Shown piece after piece: positions 1 to 9,292 of a stretch of 64,000 nucleotides of DNA. The notes under the pieces were generated by a model. It ran no database searches. It had not been told where the DNA came from and was given only the letters and a program-made list of their open reading frames with translations. How positions within the stretch are numbered: the stretch's first letter is position 1; each line of letters begins with the position of its first letter. A program made the translations under genes and the position numbers. The stretch is from assembly GCA_050260415.1 (NCBI GenBank), contig JBLNCE010000055.1, positions 29,621 through 93,620 of the forward strand, in the 5' to 3' direction. This DNA comes from Bacteroidota bacterium (GTDB taxonomy: Bacteria > Bacillota > UBA4882 > JAAYXC01).

Positions 1-315
1 CACGGCCGCGGGAAAAAGGCCAGGGTGGAATATGTCGATGACGCGCGTTTTGAGTCAGAGCTTTACCTGCGTTACCTCTCAAGCTATTACGGCGCCGACA
101 GGCGGCAGATGGAATTCTGGCTGCAGCGGGGCCTGGACGAAACGGATCTGCTAATCGGATTGAACTTGGCCGCCCGAACCGGCCGCCCCGCGGCGACGAT
201 TATGAGCCTGCGCACAAACGGTCTTTCTTGGGCCGTGATTGCGGTGCGGTTTGGGCAGAATCCAGCCGTCCTGACCAGGCCGGCGCCGCCTCGCACCCGC
301 GCGGCGCGACGATGA
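1..315 (+). CDS. Hypothetical protein, C-terminal part (frame open from window edge)
   Basis: Frame 1 is open from position 1 to TGA at 313-315 with protein-like composition (YLRYLSSYYG...GLSWAVIA); no family recognised. Confidence 0.5.
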   Translation, partial: HGRGKKARVEYVDDARFESELYLRYLSSYYGADRRQMEFWLQRGLDETDLLIGLNLAARTGRPAATIMSLRTNGLSWAVIAVRFGQNPAVLTRPAPPRTRAARR

Positions 316-602
316 TGATTGACGAGACCTGATTCTCCGAGGGCTCAAGCAGCGGGACGACAAGTCCCGTTGCCTTTTGTGGGCGCACAATGTTGCGCAG
401 ATCGCGAGAGGAGCGCGCCGTTTCCTATCGAAGATGCCAACCCAGAACAATTCGCCGGGAGCGGCTCTGGCGCTCGGCGGATACCACGGTGCCACTTGAA
501 CGACGAGGAACGCCTCGGGAAACAGCGTTTGATCTTGACCATACCGCGCAAACATGCGATCATTGCCTTGAGATGCCAATGAACGCAGAGGGGGCGTTGC
601 GC

Positions 603-1130
603 ATGTCAACCATTACCGAAGCGGTCTCACGCAAGTTTCCGGAAGGGATCGTCCTGGTATCCTCCGTCAGCAAGGAGGGCAGGGTGAATGTGATGCCCGC
701 CGGCTGGAGCATGGTCACCTCGAACGAGCCGCTCCTGGTCGCCGTGAGCGTGGGCAAGGAGCGTTACACGCACGCGCTCATCATGGAAACCAGGGAGTTT
801 GTGCTCGCGTATCCGTCCTTCGATATGGCGGACGACGTCATGATTACCGGCACGCAGTCAGGCCGGGACACGGCCAAGATGGAGAGATGCCGGCTCCGGC
901 TGGTGCCGGCGGAGAAGGTGGGCGCGCGGCTGATCGAAGGCGCGGTGGCCAACCTTGAATGCCGCCTGCACTCCTATCATCCCACCGGCGATCACACGAT
1001 CTTCGTGGGGGAGGTCGTGGCCGGACACGTGGGCGGACCGCCGTGCAGCCGGTTGATGAATTTCGGACGGAGGCATTTCGCGGTGGCGCGCATGGACCCC
1101 GAGGCACAGGTGAGCTACGAAAACGCTTGA
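603..1130 (+). CDS. Flavin reductase-like (DIM6/NTAB) family protein
   Basis: Motifs NVMPAGW, EPLLVAVSV, LECRL and GDHTIFVGEV; ATG 603 preceded by GAGGGG. Confidence 0.85.
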   Translation: MSTITEAVSRKFPEGIVLVSSVSKEGRVNVMPAGWSMVTSNEPLLVAVSVGKERYTHALIMETREFVLAYPSFDMADDVMITGTQSGRDTAKMERCRLRLVPAEKVGARLIEGAVANLECRLHSYHPTGDHTIFVGEVVAGHVGGPPCSRLMNFGRRHFAVARMDPEAQVSYENA

Positions 1131-1144
1131 CCGTTACTTCTCTG

Positions 1145-1375
1145 GAAACGGTGTGAAAAACCTCATCATCGTGAATCGATGAAGGCCCTCTCCCCCTTGG
1201 TCCCCCGTTCGGCTGAGCTCACGGCCGAAGCCTCTCCCGCCTGCAGGCCGTTCCTCCTTCGCCGAGGCTTCGGAGGATCAGATCCACCGTAGCTTCAGCG
1301 GAGGTGGAAGCGCCGACATCCAGGATTGCGGCCTTACGGTGCGCAGGCCCGCGAGTGCGGGAGAGGGGGAAGGGA
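1145..1375 (+). repeat. Family-A palindromic miniature element carrying nested inserts
   Basis: GTGAAAAACC...CGATGAAGGCCCTCTCCCCCTTGGTCCCC...CCTCTCCCGC...GCGGGAGAGGGG matches copies at ~9110 (-), ~25540 and ~35900. Confidence 0.75.
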
Positions 1376-1515
1376 AGCGTCCTCCGTGGTGAGCCTGTAG
1401 GCCCTAATCCTTTTCCCTTCCCCCGTCACGGGTCGCGCTTAATCACATCCTGTGAGCGTGACTTCCGCGCCGTCCTGTCGCTGGGGGAGGGAATCGAAGG
1501 GGAGAGGGAACATCC

Positions 1516-2394
1516 TTGAACGAGAAGAGGGTGATTGAGACGATCACGGCCGAATTTCACAAATATCACGCCCTCGGCAACGACTACCTCGTCATTGACC
1601 CGCAGAGGACGCGGCTCGCCCTGAACGAGCAGAACATCAAGCTGATCTGCCACCGCAATTTCGGCCTCGGCTCCGATGGGATCCTTTGGGGTCCGTTCTT
1701 CGAGGGGGACCGCATCAGCCTGAGGATCCTCAACCCCGACGGCAGCGAGGCGGAGAAGAGCGGAAACGGCATTCGTATCTTCGCGCGGTACCTAATGGAA
1801 GCCGGCTATGTAACGGGCGATGGTTTTTCCCTTCGCACGCTTGGAGGCGATGTCGCGGTCGAGATCCTGGATCGACGGGCGCGCATGGTCCGTGTGGACA
1901 TGGGGACGGTGACTTTCTGGAGCGACCGGATACCGGTCGGCGGCGAGCGGCGCGAGGTGGTGGATGAGGCGCTTACGGTGGGTGAAGAGTGCTATCGGGT
2001 GACATGCGTTTCGCTCGGCAACCCGCACTGCGTCATCCCCGTCGCGGACATCTCGCGCGATCTGGCCGCGCGAATCGGCCCGTTGATTGAGAGGCATCCC
2101 AGCTTTCCCAGGCGGATAAACATGCAATTACTTCGAGTCCTTGACCGCAACAATATTCAGATCGAGATCTGGGAGCGGGGCGCCGGCTATACCCTGGCCT
2201 CCGGCAGCAGCAGTTGCGCGGCGGCCAGCGCCGCGTTCCGGTTGGGACTGGTGGATGACCGGGTGACGGTTCACATGCCCGGGGGGAAGATCGAGGTACA
2301 AATCAAAACCGACGGACACGTCCTGATGACTGGTCCGGTCGTCGGCGTGGCGCGGGGGGAGTTCAGCCCCGATCTTTTGACGCTATGCGTCTGA
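1516..2394 (+). CDS. dapF: Diaminopimelate epimerase-like protein with both catalytic Cys replaced by Ser
   Basis: KYHALGNDY, ICHRNFGLGSDG, NPDGSEAEKSGNG, GNPH, WERGAGYTLASGSS, MPGG, MTGP. Confidence 0.75.
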   Translation: MNEKRVIETITAEFHKYHALGNDYLVIDPQRTRLALNEQNIKLICHRNFGLGSDGILWGPFFEGDRISLRILNPDGSEAEKSGNGIRIFARYLMEAGYVTGDGFSLRTLGGDVAVEILDRRARMVRVDMGTVTFWSDRIPVGGERREVVDEALTVGEECYRVTCVSLGNPHCVIPVADISRDLAARIGPLIERHPSFPRRINMQLLRVLDRNNIQIEIWERGAGYTLASGSSSCAAASAAFRLGLVDDRVTVHMPGGKIEVQIKTDGHVLMTGPVVGVARGEFSPDLLTLCV

Positions 2395-2514
2395 TAAACA
2401 GATGACCGAATGAGATGGCCTCTGTTGCACCGGGAAAAAGGGTGAGACGGCGGTCCTTCATTCGATCGTTCCAGACCATAGACTGAATCAGCCCGCAACC
2501 CCGTTTGTTGGTGA

Positions 2515-2560
2515 TTGACGGGAAGCACTCGGCATGGAAAAATTAATTAAAGTAATTAAT
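2515..2560 (+). promoter_or_regulatory. Sigma-A-like promoter with overlapping palindromic operator (putative ROK site)
   Basis: TTGACG-17-AAAAAT with upstream TG; ATTAATT-N5-AATTAAT at 2542-2560; same arrangement at 4140-4186. Confidence 0.65.
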
Positions 2561-2568
2561 AAACGCAC

Positions 2569-2851
2569 ACCGTCTTCAAATCGCTGAGCCTGCTCAATAC
2601 GATGGCCGGCCTGACCTTGGCCTTGACGTCGGCGGCCTTGCCGTTCTGCGTCTGGCCGATCAAAGGATTCCCAAGGATGCCCTACGGACGCTCTCGGTGG
2701 GTATCCCCTGCGGTACCTGGGAGAGCTGTCATATGATTGGGCCACGGTGATGGCGATTTCCGTCATTGGGACACTGCCCACGCTCTTGCTCCTTGTTTTC
2801 TTCCAGGGTTACATGGTCCAAGGCCTGACGGCGGGGAGCATCAAGGGCTAA
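2569..2851 (+). pseudogene. Remnant of carbohydrate ABC permease (3' part, internal deletion and frameshift)
   Basis: DNA aligns with ~10682-10785 and ~10973-11137 (TVFxSxSLLNTM..., YDWATVM..., QGYMVQGLTxGSIKG-stop). Confidence 0.85.
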
Positions 2852-2880
2852 CCTACATTAACAGCTTTGGAGGCGAGAGA

Positions 2881-3939
2881 ATGGAGAAAGAACCGGGCGC
2901 GTTCACCTATGCCGAGATCCTGGGACAGCCGGCAGTCCTTGGCGCCGTGATCGCGGAGATGGAGCACATGGCGGCGATCTGCCAAGGGGTCTTCACGACT
3001 CTGCAGCCGGAAGAAATAGTGTTCACCGGCTGCGGGACGTCGTACTACCTGGCGCAGGCCATCGGCGCGGCGTTTTCGAACTACAACCGGATTCCATCCC
3101 GCGCCGTGGCCGCATCGGAACTGCTGCTCTATCCGGAACTATACCTGGGGGAGCGAAGGACGCTGCTCGTACCGATCACCCGCTCGGCGAAGACGAGCGA
3201 GGTGCGCGGGGCGCTCGCCGCGGCCCGCGCCCGCCCGGGTGTAACGACGCTGGCGATCACCTGCGATCCGGATAGCGCCGCGGTCAATGACTACTTCGTC
3301 CTCGTGCCGGGTACGGCGGAGCGGAGTGTCGTCATGACCCAATCGTTCTCGGGCTTGCTCATGGCCGGCCTGATTCTAGCCCTTTCCGCGGCGGGAAAGA
3401 CCGATTTGCTCGGGGGATTGGCGCGCATGCCCGAAGCCTGCGCGGGACTGCTTGGCAGGAGCGAGCACCTTGCCCGGAAAGTCGTGGCGGAGAACGGGGA
3501 CGCCAACCTCTTCATCTTCCTGGGACAGGGTCCATGCTACGGATTGGCCGGGGAGGCCATGATCAAGATGAAGGAGATGTCCTTGTCGAACGCCGAAGCC
3601 CACCACAGCCTGGAATACCGGCACGGTCCGATCTCCCTGGTCGATGGGCGGACGTTCGCCATGCTCTTTACCTCGCGGGCGGCCGCGGAGGTGGAGTTAC
3701 GTTTGCTTGTGGACCTCGCGCGGCTCGGAGCCGGAACGATGGCCGTCGGTTGCGCCATGCCGGAGGAGATGAAGTCCGTCGTGAACTACCACCTTGAGCT
3801 GGACCCGGAGCTTGACGACTTCCTCTGCGGGCCGCTGGCAATCGTGCCGGCGCAGTTCTTTGCCTACCATTACGCCCGCAGAAAAGGACTTGATCTGGAT
3901 ACGCCGCCGTATTTGACGCAAGCCGTGGTCCTCGCCTGA
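2881..3939 (+). CDS. SIS-domain sugar-phosphate deaminase/isomerase (GlmS-C/AgaS/FrlB-like), paralog 1
   Basis: TYAEI..QP, TGCGTSY, SVVMT, EAMIKMKE, EYRHGP; ATG 2881 with GGAGG RBS. Confidence 0.85.
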   Translation: MEKEPGAFTYAEILGQPAVLGAVIAEMEHMAAICQGVFTTLQPEEIVFTGCGTSYYLAQAIGAAFSNYNRIPSRAVAASELLLYPELYLGERRTLLVPITRSAKTSEVRGALAAARARPGVTTLAITCDPDSAAVNDYFVLVPGTAERSVVMTQSFSGLLMAGLILALSAAGKTDLLGGLARMPEACAGLLGRSEHLARKVVAENGDANLFIFLGQGPCYGLAGEAMIKMKEMSLSNAEAHHSLEYRHGPISLVDGRTFAMLFTSRAAAEVELRLLVDLARLGAGTMAVGCAMPEEMKSVVNYHLELDPELDDFLCGPLAIVPAQFFAYHYARRKGLDLDTPPYLTQAVVLA

Positions 3940-4139
3940 TTGCAGGCAGACATGGGGCGGATGCTGATGGTCAAGACGGGGAGGCGAAGTGCCGGCGATC
4001 TCAGGACGCGCGGCGCAAGAGAAAAACCAAAAGTTGAGTGAATCGGGGTTCCAGCCCAGAAAGCGAAAGATATTACAAGTATCGGGGCGCTCATCTCAAT
4101 TAACTGGCTGGTATTATGCATCAGCCGGTCGGGGGTTGT

Positions 4140-4186
4140 TTGACGGAACCGTTTCGGTTGTGGAATAATTAATTAAATAAATTAAT
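4140..4186 (+). promoter_or_regulatory. Promoter and palindromic operator upstream of ROK regulator
   Basis: TTGACG-18-AATAAT with upstream TG; ATTAATT-N5-AATTAAT at 4168-4186. Confidence 0.7.
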
Positions 4187-4202
4187 CAAAAGGAGCCCAG
4201 CC

Positions 4203-5414
4203 ATGCGTCCTCTCAAGGGCAAGAACATGGCCGACTTGCGCAAGAGTAACCGGGCCAGGGTCCTTGAGGTCCTATTCAGACATGGGCCGATCTCCAGGGC
4301 GGAGATCAGCGAGATTACCGGTCTGACCCCGCCCGCGGTCACCGCGCTGGCCAACGAGTTGATCGGAGAAGGTCTCTTGGCGGAGGCGGGGGTTGAGGAC
4401 GGCAAGGCAACCGTGGGTAGAAAGCGCATAAAGTTGCAGCTCATTGCCGATTCGATGGTGGCCGTAGGCGTGGAGATTGGCATCAAGCATCTATCGCTTG
4501 GGCTTGTCGACCTCAACGGCCGGATCTTCAATACAACCACGCTGAACATTGAGGATAGCGACCCCGATGCCATTATTAAACTGGCGGCCAGCGGGATCGA
4601 ACGCATCGCGCGGGATTATGCCGCGCACCGGGTAATCGGCGTCGGCGTCGGCGCCACGGGTCTGGTGGACGGCGAGACCGGGATCGTGCGGTATTCGCCG
4701 AACATTGGCTGGCATGACGTTCCCTTGCGGCGTCTTTTGGAGGAACGGCTCAAGCTGTCCGTGGTCGTCGACAATAACGTACGCCTCATGGCGCTCGGCG
4801 AGAACATGTTCTTTCACAACCAGGGCGATGTCGCCAGGTTGGCCTTGATTCACGCCGATTACGGGATCGGCTGCGGGTTCACCGTCAACGGCGAGCTTTA
4901 TTACGGGCGGGGCTTTGCCGGGGGGGAACTTGGGCACACCATCATTCTACCAGAGGGTCCGCCGTGTATCTGCGGTAAAAAAGGCTGCCTGGAAACCGTC
5001 GCCTCGGGCAGGGCGATCACCACCCGCTATGCGGAGAAGACGAACCGCGGCAAGCTTAGTTACCGCGACGGGCTGCAGCAACTGCTCGCGGCGGGCGCCA
5101 AAAACGAGAAAGCGGCGGTGGAGATTCTCGCTGAGGCAGGCATGTATATGGGGATTGGTCTTACCAACCTCGCGACGGTGCTTGCGCCCGATCTGATCGT
5201 GCTGCACGGGCCCGTGTTCAAGTCGGATATCTACGCCCGGCACATGGCGGAGCAGATTGAGAGTCTCACCCGCGGCGAAGGCGAGGGTCTTTCCATTGTC
5301 AGCAGCCGCAAGCAGGGCGACCTGGTTATTCTGGGCGCGGGGGCGCTGACGATCCAGAAACTTTTGATCGACGACGCCTCACGCACGCGGCTGAGTAACG
5401 GCGGCGGCACTTGA
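4203..5414 (+). CDS. ROK-family transcriptional regulator (NagC/XylR-like)
   Basis: N-terminal HTH (ISRAEISEITGLTPPAVT), GRKR, VDNNV, GELGH, CICGKKGCLE. Confidence 0.92.
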   Translation: MRPLKGKNMADLRKSNRARVLEVLFRHGPISRAEISEITGLTPPAVTALANELIGEGLLAEAGVEDGKATVGRKRIKLQLIADSMVAVGVEIGIKHLSLGLVDLNGRIFNTTTLNIEDSDPDAIIKLAASGIERIARDYAAHRVIGVGVGATGLVDGETGIVRYSPNIGWHDVPLRRLLEERLKLSVVVDNNVRLMALGENMFFHNQGDVARLALIHADYGIGCGFTVNGELYYGRGFAGGELGHTIILPEGPPCICGKKGCLETVASGRAITTRYAEKTNRGKLSYRDGLQQLLAAGAKNEKAAVEILAEAGMYMGIGLTNLATVLAPDLIVLHGPVFKSDIYARHMAEQIESLTRGEGEGLSIVSSRKQGDLVILGAGALTIQKLLIDDASRTRLSNGGGT

Positions 5415-5448
5415 AACAAGCAAAAATGGAATCATGGAGGTGACTTGC

Positions 5449-6507
5449 GTGGGTAAGAAGCCGGGTGAATTTACTTACGCCGAGATCGTCGCCCAGCCGG
5501 ACGTACTGGGCGCCGTGGCCGCCAAGAAGGAGAGCTTGACGGCGACATGCAAAGCGGTCTTTGCCGTGGTCCAACCGGAAGAGGTCATCTTCACCGGTTG
5601 TGGCACCTCATACTATCTGGCCCAAACGATCTGCGCCGCGTTTTCGCGCTACAACCGCATTCCCGCCCGCGCTTTGGCCGCTTCGGAACTGCTGCTCTAC
5701 CCGGAGTTGTATCTCAAGGAACGGCGAACTTTGTTCGTGCCGATTACCCGCTCGGCGCAGACCACCGAGGTACGCAGGGTTCTGGCCGCGGTGCGCGGCC
5801 GCCCGGGCGTCGCGACGATGGCCGTTTCCTGCGATCCGGACAGCGCCGGGATAAACGACTATTGCCTCCTCACGCCGGTCACGGCGGAAAAAAGCGTGGT
5901 CATGACCAAATCGTTCTCCGCGCTGCTCATGGCGGGTCTCTTCATGGCCCTTGCCGCGGCGGGAGAGACCGATCTGAGCGAGGCCTTGGCGCGCCTGCCA
6001 AGCAGCGGCGCGGAGGCGGTGGCAAGGAGCGAAGCGATGGCGCGGAAGATCGTGGCGGAGAACGGGGACGCCAATCTCTTTGTCTTCCTGGGGCAGGGTC
6101 CGTGCTATGGTCTGGCCGGCGAAGCGATGATCAAGATGACGGAGATGTCCCTGGCGAACACCGCCGTCTTTCACAGCCTGGAATATCGGCATGGACCGCT
6201 CTCCCTGGTCGATAAGCGGACATTGGTCGTCCTTTTTGCCTCGCAGGCCGCCGTCGAGGTGGAGTTGCCGCTCCTCAAAGAACTCAAGGGTCTGGGCGCC
6301 CGGACGATGGCGATCGGCGGCGCGCTGCCGGAGGCGTTGACGTCCGTGGCGAACTACCACGTTGAACTGGCCCCCGGCCTTGGCGATTATCTTTGCGGCC
6401 CGTTGGCCATCGTACCGGCCCAGATGCTTGCCTATCATTATGCGCGCCGCCGGGGGCTCGATCTGGATACGCCGCGGCATCTATCCCATGCCGTGGTGCT
6501 GGCCTAA
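5449..6507 (+). CDS. SIS-domain sugar-phosphate deaminase/isomerase, paralog 2
   Basis: Collinear with 2881-3939; GTG 5449 follows GGAGGTG; TGCGTSY, EYRHGP. Confidence 0.85.
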   Translation: MGKKPGEFTYAEIVAQPDVLGAVAAKKESLTATCKAVFAVVQPEEVIFTGCGTSYYLAQTICAAFSRYNRIPARALAASELLLYPELYLKERRTLFVPITRSAQTTEVRRVLAAVRGRPGVATMAVSCDPDSAGINDYCLLTPVTAEKSVVMTKSFSALLMAGLFMALAAAGETDLSEALARLPSSGAEAVARSEAMARKIVAENGDANLFVFLGQGPCYGLAGEAMIKMTEMSLANTAVFHSLEYRHGPLSLVDKRTLVVLFASQAAVEVELPLLKELKGLGARTMAIGGALPEALTSVANYHVELAPGLGDYLCGPLAIVPAQMLAYHYARRRGLDLDTPRHLSHAVVLA

Positions 6508-6510
6508 GCC

Positions 6511-7749
6511 ATGGCAATCACCGCGCACGCCGACGTGGCGCTGAGGCCGCGCCCGGAGCCGTCGCCGGACGCGAAGCATGAGACGGAACTGATCGTTAAA
6601 AACGGCGAGGTCCTGACGGACCAAGGGCTGCTCCCGCTCGACGTGGCCGTTACCAGGGGCCGAATCGCCGCACTTGTCCAGCCCGCCATGGCGCGGTCCG
6701 CCGGTAAGACGATCGACGCGGCTGGATTCTATGTCCTGCCGGGGTTTATCGATCTGCATACGCATGGCGGTGCCGGCATCGATCTCATGCACGCCACGGA
6801 GGACGAGATCGCCCGGTTGACCGAGTTTTACGCCGCCCAAGGCACGACCGGTTTCTTGGCCACCACGCTTACGGCCGCCAAGGAAGAGACGCTCAGCGCC
6901 CTGGTAAGAATGAAAAAAGTGAGCGAGCGCGGGACATGCGGCGCGCGGATGCTGGGCATTCATCTCGAAGGGCCTTATATTACCAGGGATTTTGCCGGTG
7001 CGCAGCCGACCGCGCACATCGTTCCACCTACGCCCCAGGATTTTGCGGCTTACGACGCGGCGGCGGGCGGCCTTATCAGATTGGTCACCTTGGCGCCGGA
7101 AGTGGATGGCGCCTTGGAATTAATTTCATATTTACGCCAGCGTGGCGTTGCCGTATCGTTAGGCCACTCCGGGGCGACATACAAGTGCGCCTTGGCCGCC
7201 ATCGCCGCCGGGGCCTGCAGTTGCACCCACATTTTCAACGGCATGAAGGGATTGCACCACCACGAGCCGGGTATTCTCGGCGCCTGCCTCGAAAGTGAGA
7301 TCTACAGCGAATTAATCTGCGACGGCCGGCATCTCGCGCCGGGGACCGTGCGTCTGCTCTGGAAGACAAAGGGGATCGACCGCTTGCTTGCCGTCACGGA
7401 CAGCATGGTGGCGGCGGGATTGCCCGACGGGACCTATTGGCAGGGATCCCTTGAGCTGACGGTACGCGAAGGCGACGTCCGCTTGCGGGACGGCTCGCGC
7501 GCCGGCAGCTCCTTGACGATGATTGGGGCGCTCAGGAACCTGATCAAGTTTACCGGCCGCGGTCTCGCCGAGTGTGTGCGGCCGTTGACGTGCAATCCGG
7601 CGGCGCTCCTGGGGATACAGGGCGCCAAGGGCGGCATCCGTCAGGGCATGGATGCGGATCTGGTCCTGATCGACCGGGATTATCGAGTCCGCGGCACCAT
7701 TGTGGACGGTAGGGTGGTTTATGCCGCCGGGCTTGAGGGGGTGGGATGA
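6511..7749 (+). CDS. nagA: N-acetylhexosamine(-6-phosphate) deacetylase, NagA/AgaA family
   Basis: PGFIDLHTHG, HLEGPY, TLAPE, GHSGA, THIFNGM, ICDGRH, VTDSM, AGSSLTM, NPA. Confidence 0.88.
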   Translation: MAITAHADVALRPRPEPSPDAKHETELIVKNGEVLTDQGLLPLDVAVTRGRIAALVQPAMARSAGKTIDAAGFYVLPGFIDLHTHGGAGIDLMHATEDEIARLTEFYAAQGTTGFLATTLTAAKEETLSALVRMKKVSERGTCGARMLGIHLEGPYITRDFAGAQPTAHIVPPTPQDFAAYDAAAGGLIRLVTLAPEVDGALELISYLRQRGVAVSLGHSGATYKCALAAIAAGACSCTHIFNGMKGLHHHEPGILGACLESEIYSELICDGRHLAPGTVRLLWKTKGIDRLLAVTDSMVAAGLPDGTYWQGSLELTVREGDVRLRDGSRAGSSLTMIGALRNLIKFTGRGLAECVRPLTCNPAALLGIQGAKGGIRQGMDADLVLIDRDYRVRGTIVDGRVVYAAGLEGVG

Positions 7750-7837
7750 GACGCGGTGGGGCATCGCGTTTTCAACGGTCCGGATATGAAGTTGTTTATT
7801 TTTGACAGCCAAAAACAGCTAAAGGGAGGTTGTATGA

Positions 7838-9106
7838 ATGCGTAGGTTTTCCCTGATAAAGATTGCCGTGACCGTCGCTTTAGCCCTGGTCATCGTGGCC
7901 GTCGCTTGCTCCGCCGCGAGTGTGGTCACGGTGCGGTTCGCCACTTACGGACTCTTGGAGAAAGCGACCGCCGACCTGTTCAAAAAGATGGCGGTGGATT
8001 TCGAGGCGGCCAACAAGGGCGTAAAGATCGAGTTCGTCAACTTTCCCTACGGCGATCTGAAGCAGCAGGTCCTGGTCATGGCCTCCGCCGGTGACTATGT
8101 GGACGTTGTGCACGGCGAGCGCCCCTGGCTAAGCACGTTTGTGGCCTCGGGGTACTTCGCGGAGTTGGACCGGTTCATGAGCCGGAGCTATCTCAAGGAT
8201 TTCTACCCCAATATCCTCGACGACATGCGCAGCAACGGCAAGCTCTACGCCATCCCCTGGATCGTCACCCCGTACGTGCTTTACTACAACAAGGACCTCT
8301 TCACCAAGGCCGGACTGGATCCGAACGCGCCGCCCAAGACCTACGACCAGGCAGTCGCCTACGCAGCCAAGATCGCCGCCTTGAAGGACAAGGACGGCAA
8401 TCAGGTCTACGGCCTCGGCGAGACCACCGCTTCCGTGCCCGTGAGCGGCTCCTCCATCCTCCGCGTCCTGTACAGCTTTGGCGGCGGGATCTGGGACAAG
8501 AAGGGCAACGTCAGTGTGAATACGCCGGGCAACGTGGAGGCATTCAAGTACTTAAAGACGTTGTACGAGAACAAATATAACGCGGAGGTCGCCAAGCTGA
8601 AGGATCTCCGTAACCTCTTCGCCATCGGGCGGCTGGGAATGTACTTTGACCAGCTCTGGGGCATCAGCGGCGCCATCGCCATCAATCCCGAGATCCAAGG
8701 GAAGCTCGGCCTGGCGCCGCCGCCGGCGACCGCCGCGACCAAGGGGTTGAGCACCCTCGAAGCACACATGCTCTTGATCATGAAAGACTCCAAGCACAAG
8801 AGCGAAGCGGCGCGGTTCGTCGAGTACATCACCTCCAAGGACGTCATGGTCAACTACTATACCAATTACAGCAGGTTCATCGCCCCGCGCGCCTCGATCG
8901 ACAAGCTGCCGGAGATGAACGATGCCTTTATCAAGCCGGCCAAGACAAGCATCAGTCAGTGCAAAGCCATGGCCAAACAACACCCCAACATGGAAAGCGC
9001 GTTCCTGGAACTCTGCGCGGCCGCGCAAAAGGTCACGGTCGGCAAGAGCAGTCCCGAGACCGTCGTCAAGGAACTGGACGCCAAGCTGAAGGAGATCCTG
9101 AAGTAG
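7838..9106 (+). CDS. Carbohydrate ABC transporter solute-binding protein
   Basis: Signal peptide; GKLYAIPW, LYYNKDLF..AGLD; GGGAGG RBS. Confidence 0.92.
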   Translation: MRRFSLIKIAVTVALALVIVAVACSAASVVTVRFATYGLLEKATADLFKKMAVDFEAANKGVKIEFVNFPYGDLKQQVLVMASAGDYVDVVHGERPWLSTFVASGYFAELDRFMSRSYLKDFYPNILDDMRSNGKLYAIPWIVTPYVLYYNKDLFTKAGLDPNAPPKTYDQAVAYAAKIAALKDKDGNQVYGLGETTASVPVSGSSILRVLYSFGGGIWDKKGNVSVNTPGNVEAFKYLKTLYENKYNAEVAKLKDLRNLFAIGRLGMYFDQLWGISGAIAINPEIQGKLGLAPPPATAATKGLSTLEAHMLLIMKDSKHKSEAARFVEYITSKDVMVNYYTNYSRFIAPRASIDKLPEMNDAFIKPAKTSISQCKAMAKQHPNMESAFLELCAAAQKVTVGKSSPETVVKELDAKLKEILK

Positions 9107-9109
9107 TTC

Positions 9110-9240
9110 AGGGCACGCGTCCGGGGCGATGTTTTTAGACCCTCACCCCTTTCCCCTCTCCCGCGATCGCGGGAGAGGGAAACGAAGGGGAGAGGGTACA
9201 GCATCGAACCGCGAAAAGCGTGTTTGTACAACGCTTTCAC
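9110..9240 (-). repeat. Family-A palindromic miniature element
   Basis: Reverse complement AAAGCGTTGTACAAAC...ACCCTCTCCCCTTCGTTTCCCTCTCCCGCGATCGCGGGAGAGGGGAAAGGGG matches ~35905-35975 and ~25540. Confidence 0.8.
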
Positions 9241-9292
9241 TGTTAACGCGGTTATGGTTATCACATCGCGCGAACCCGATCGAGGTGATCTT

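Noticed and set aside
2737-2880. N-terminal extension of the first SIS ORF
   Set aside because: It is an off-frame reading of the permease pseudogene; the RBS and the paralog alignment support ATG 2881.
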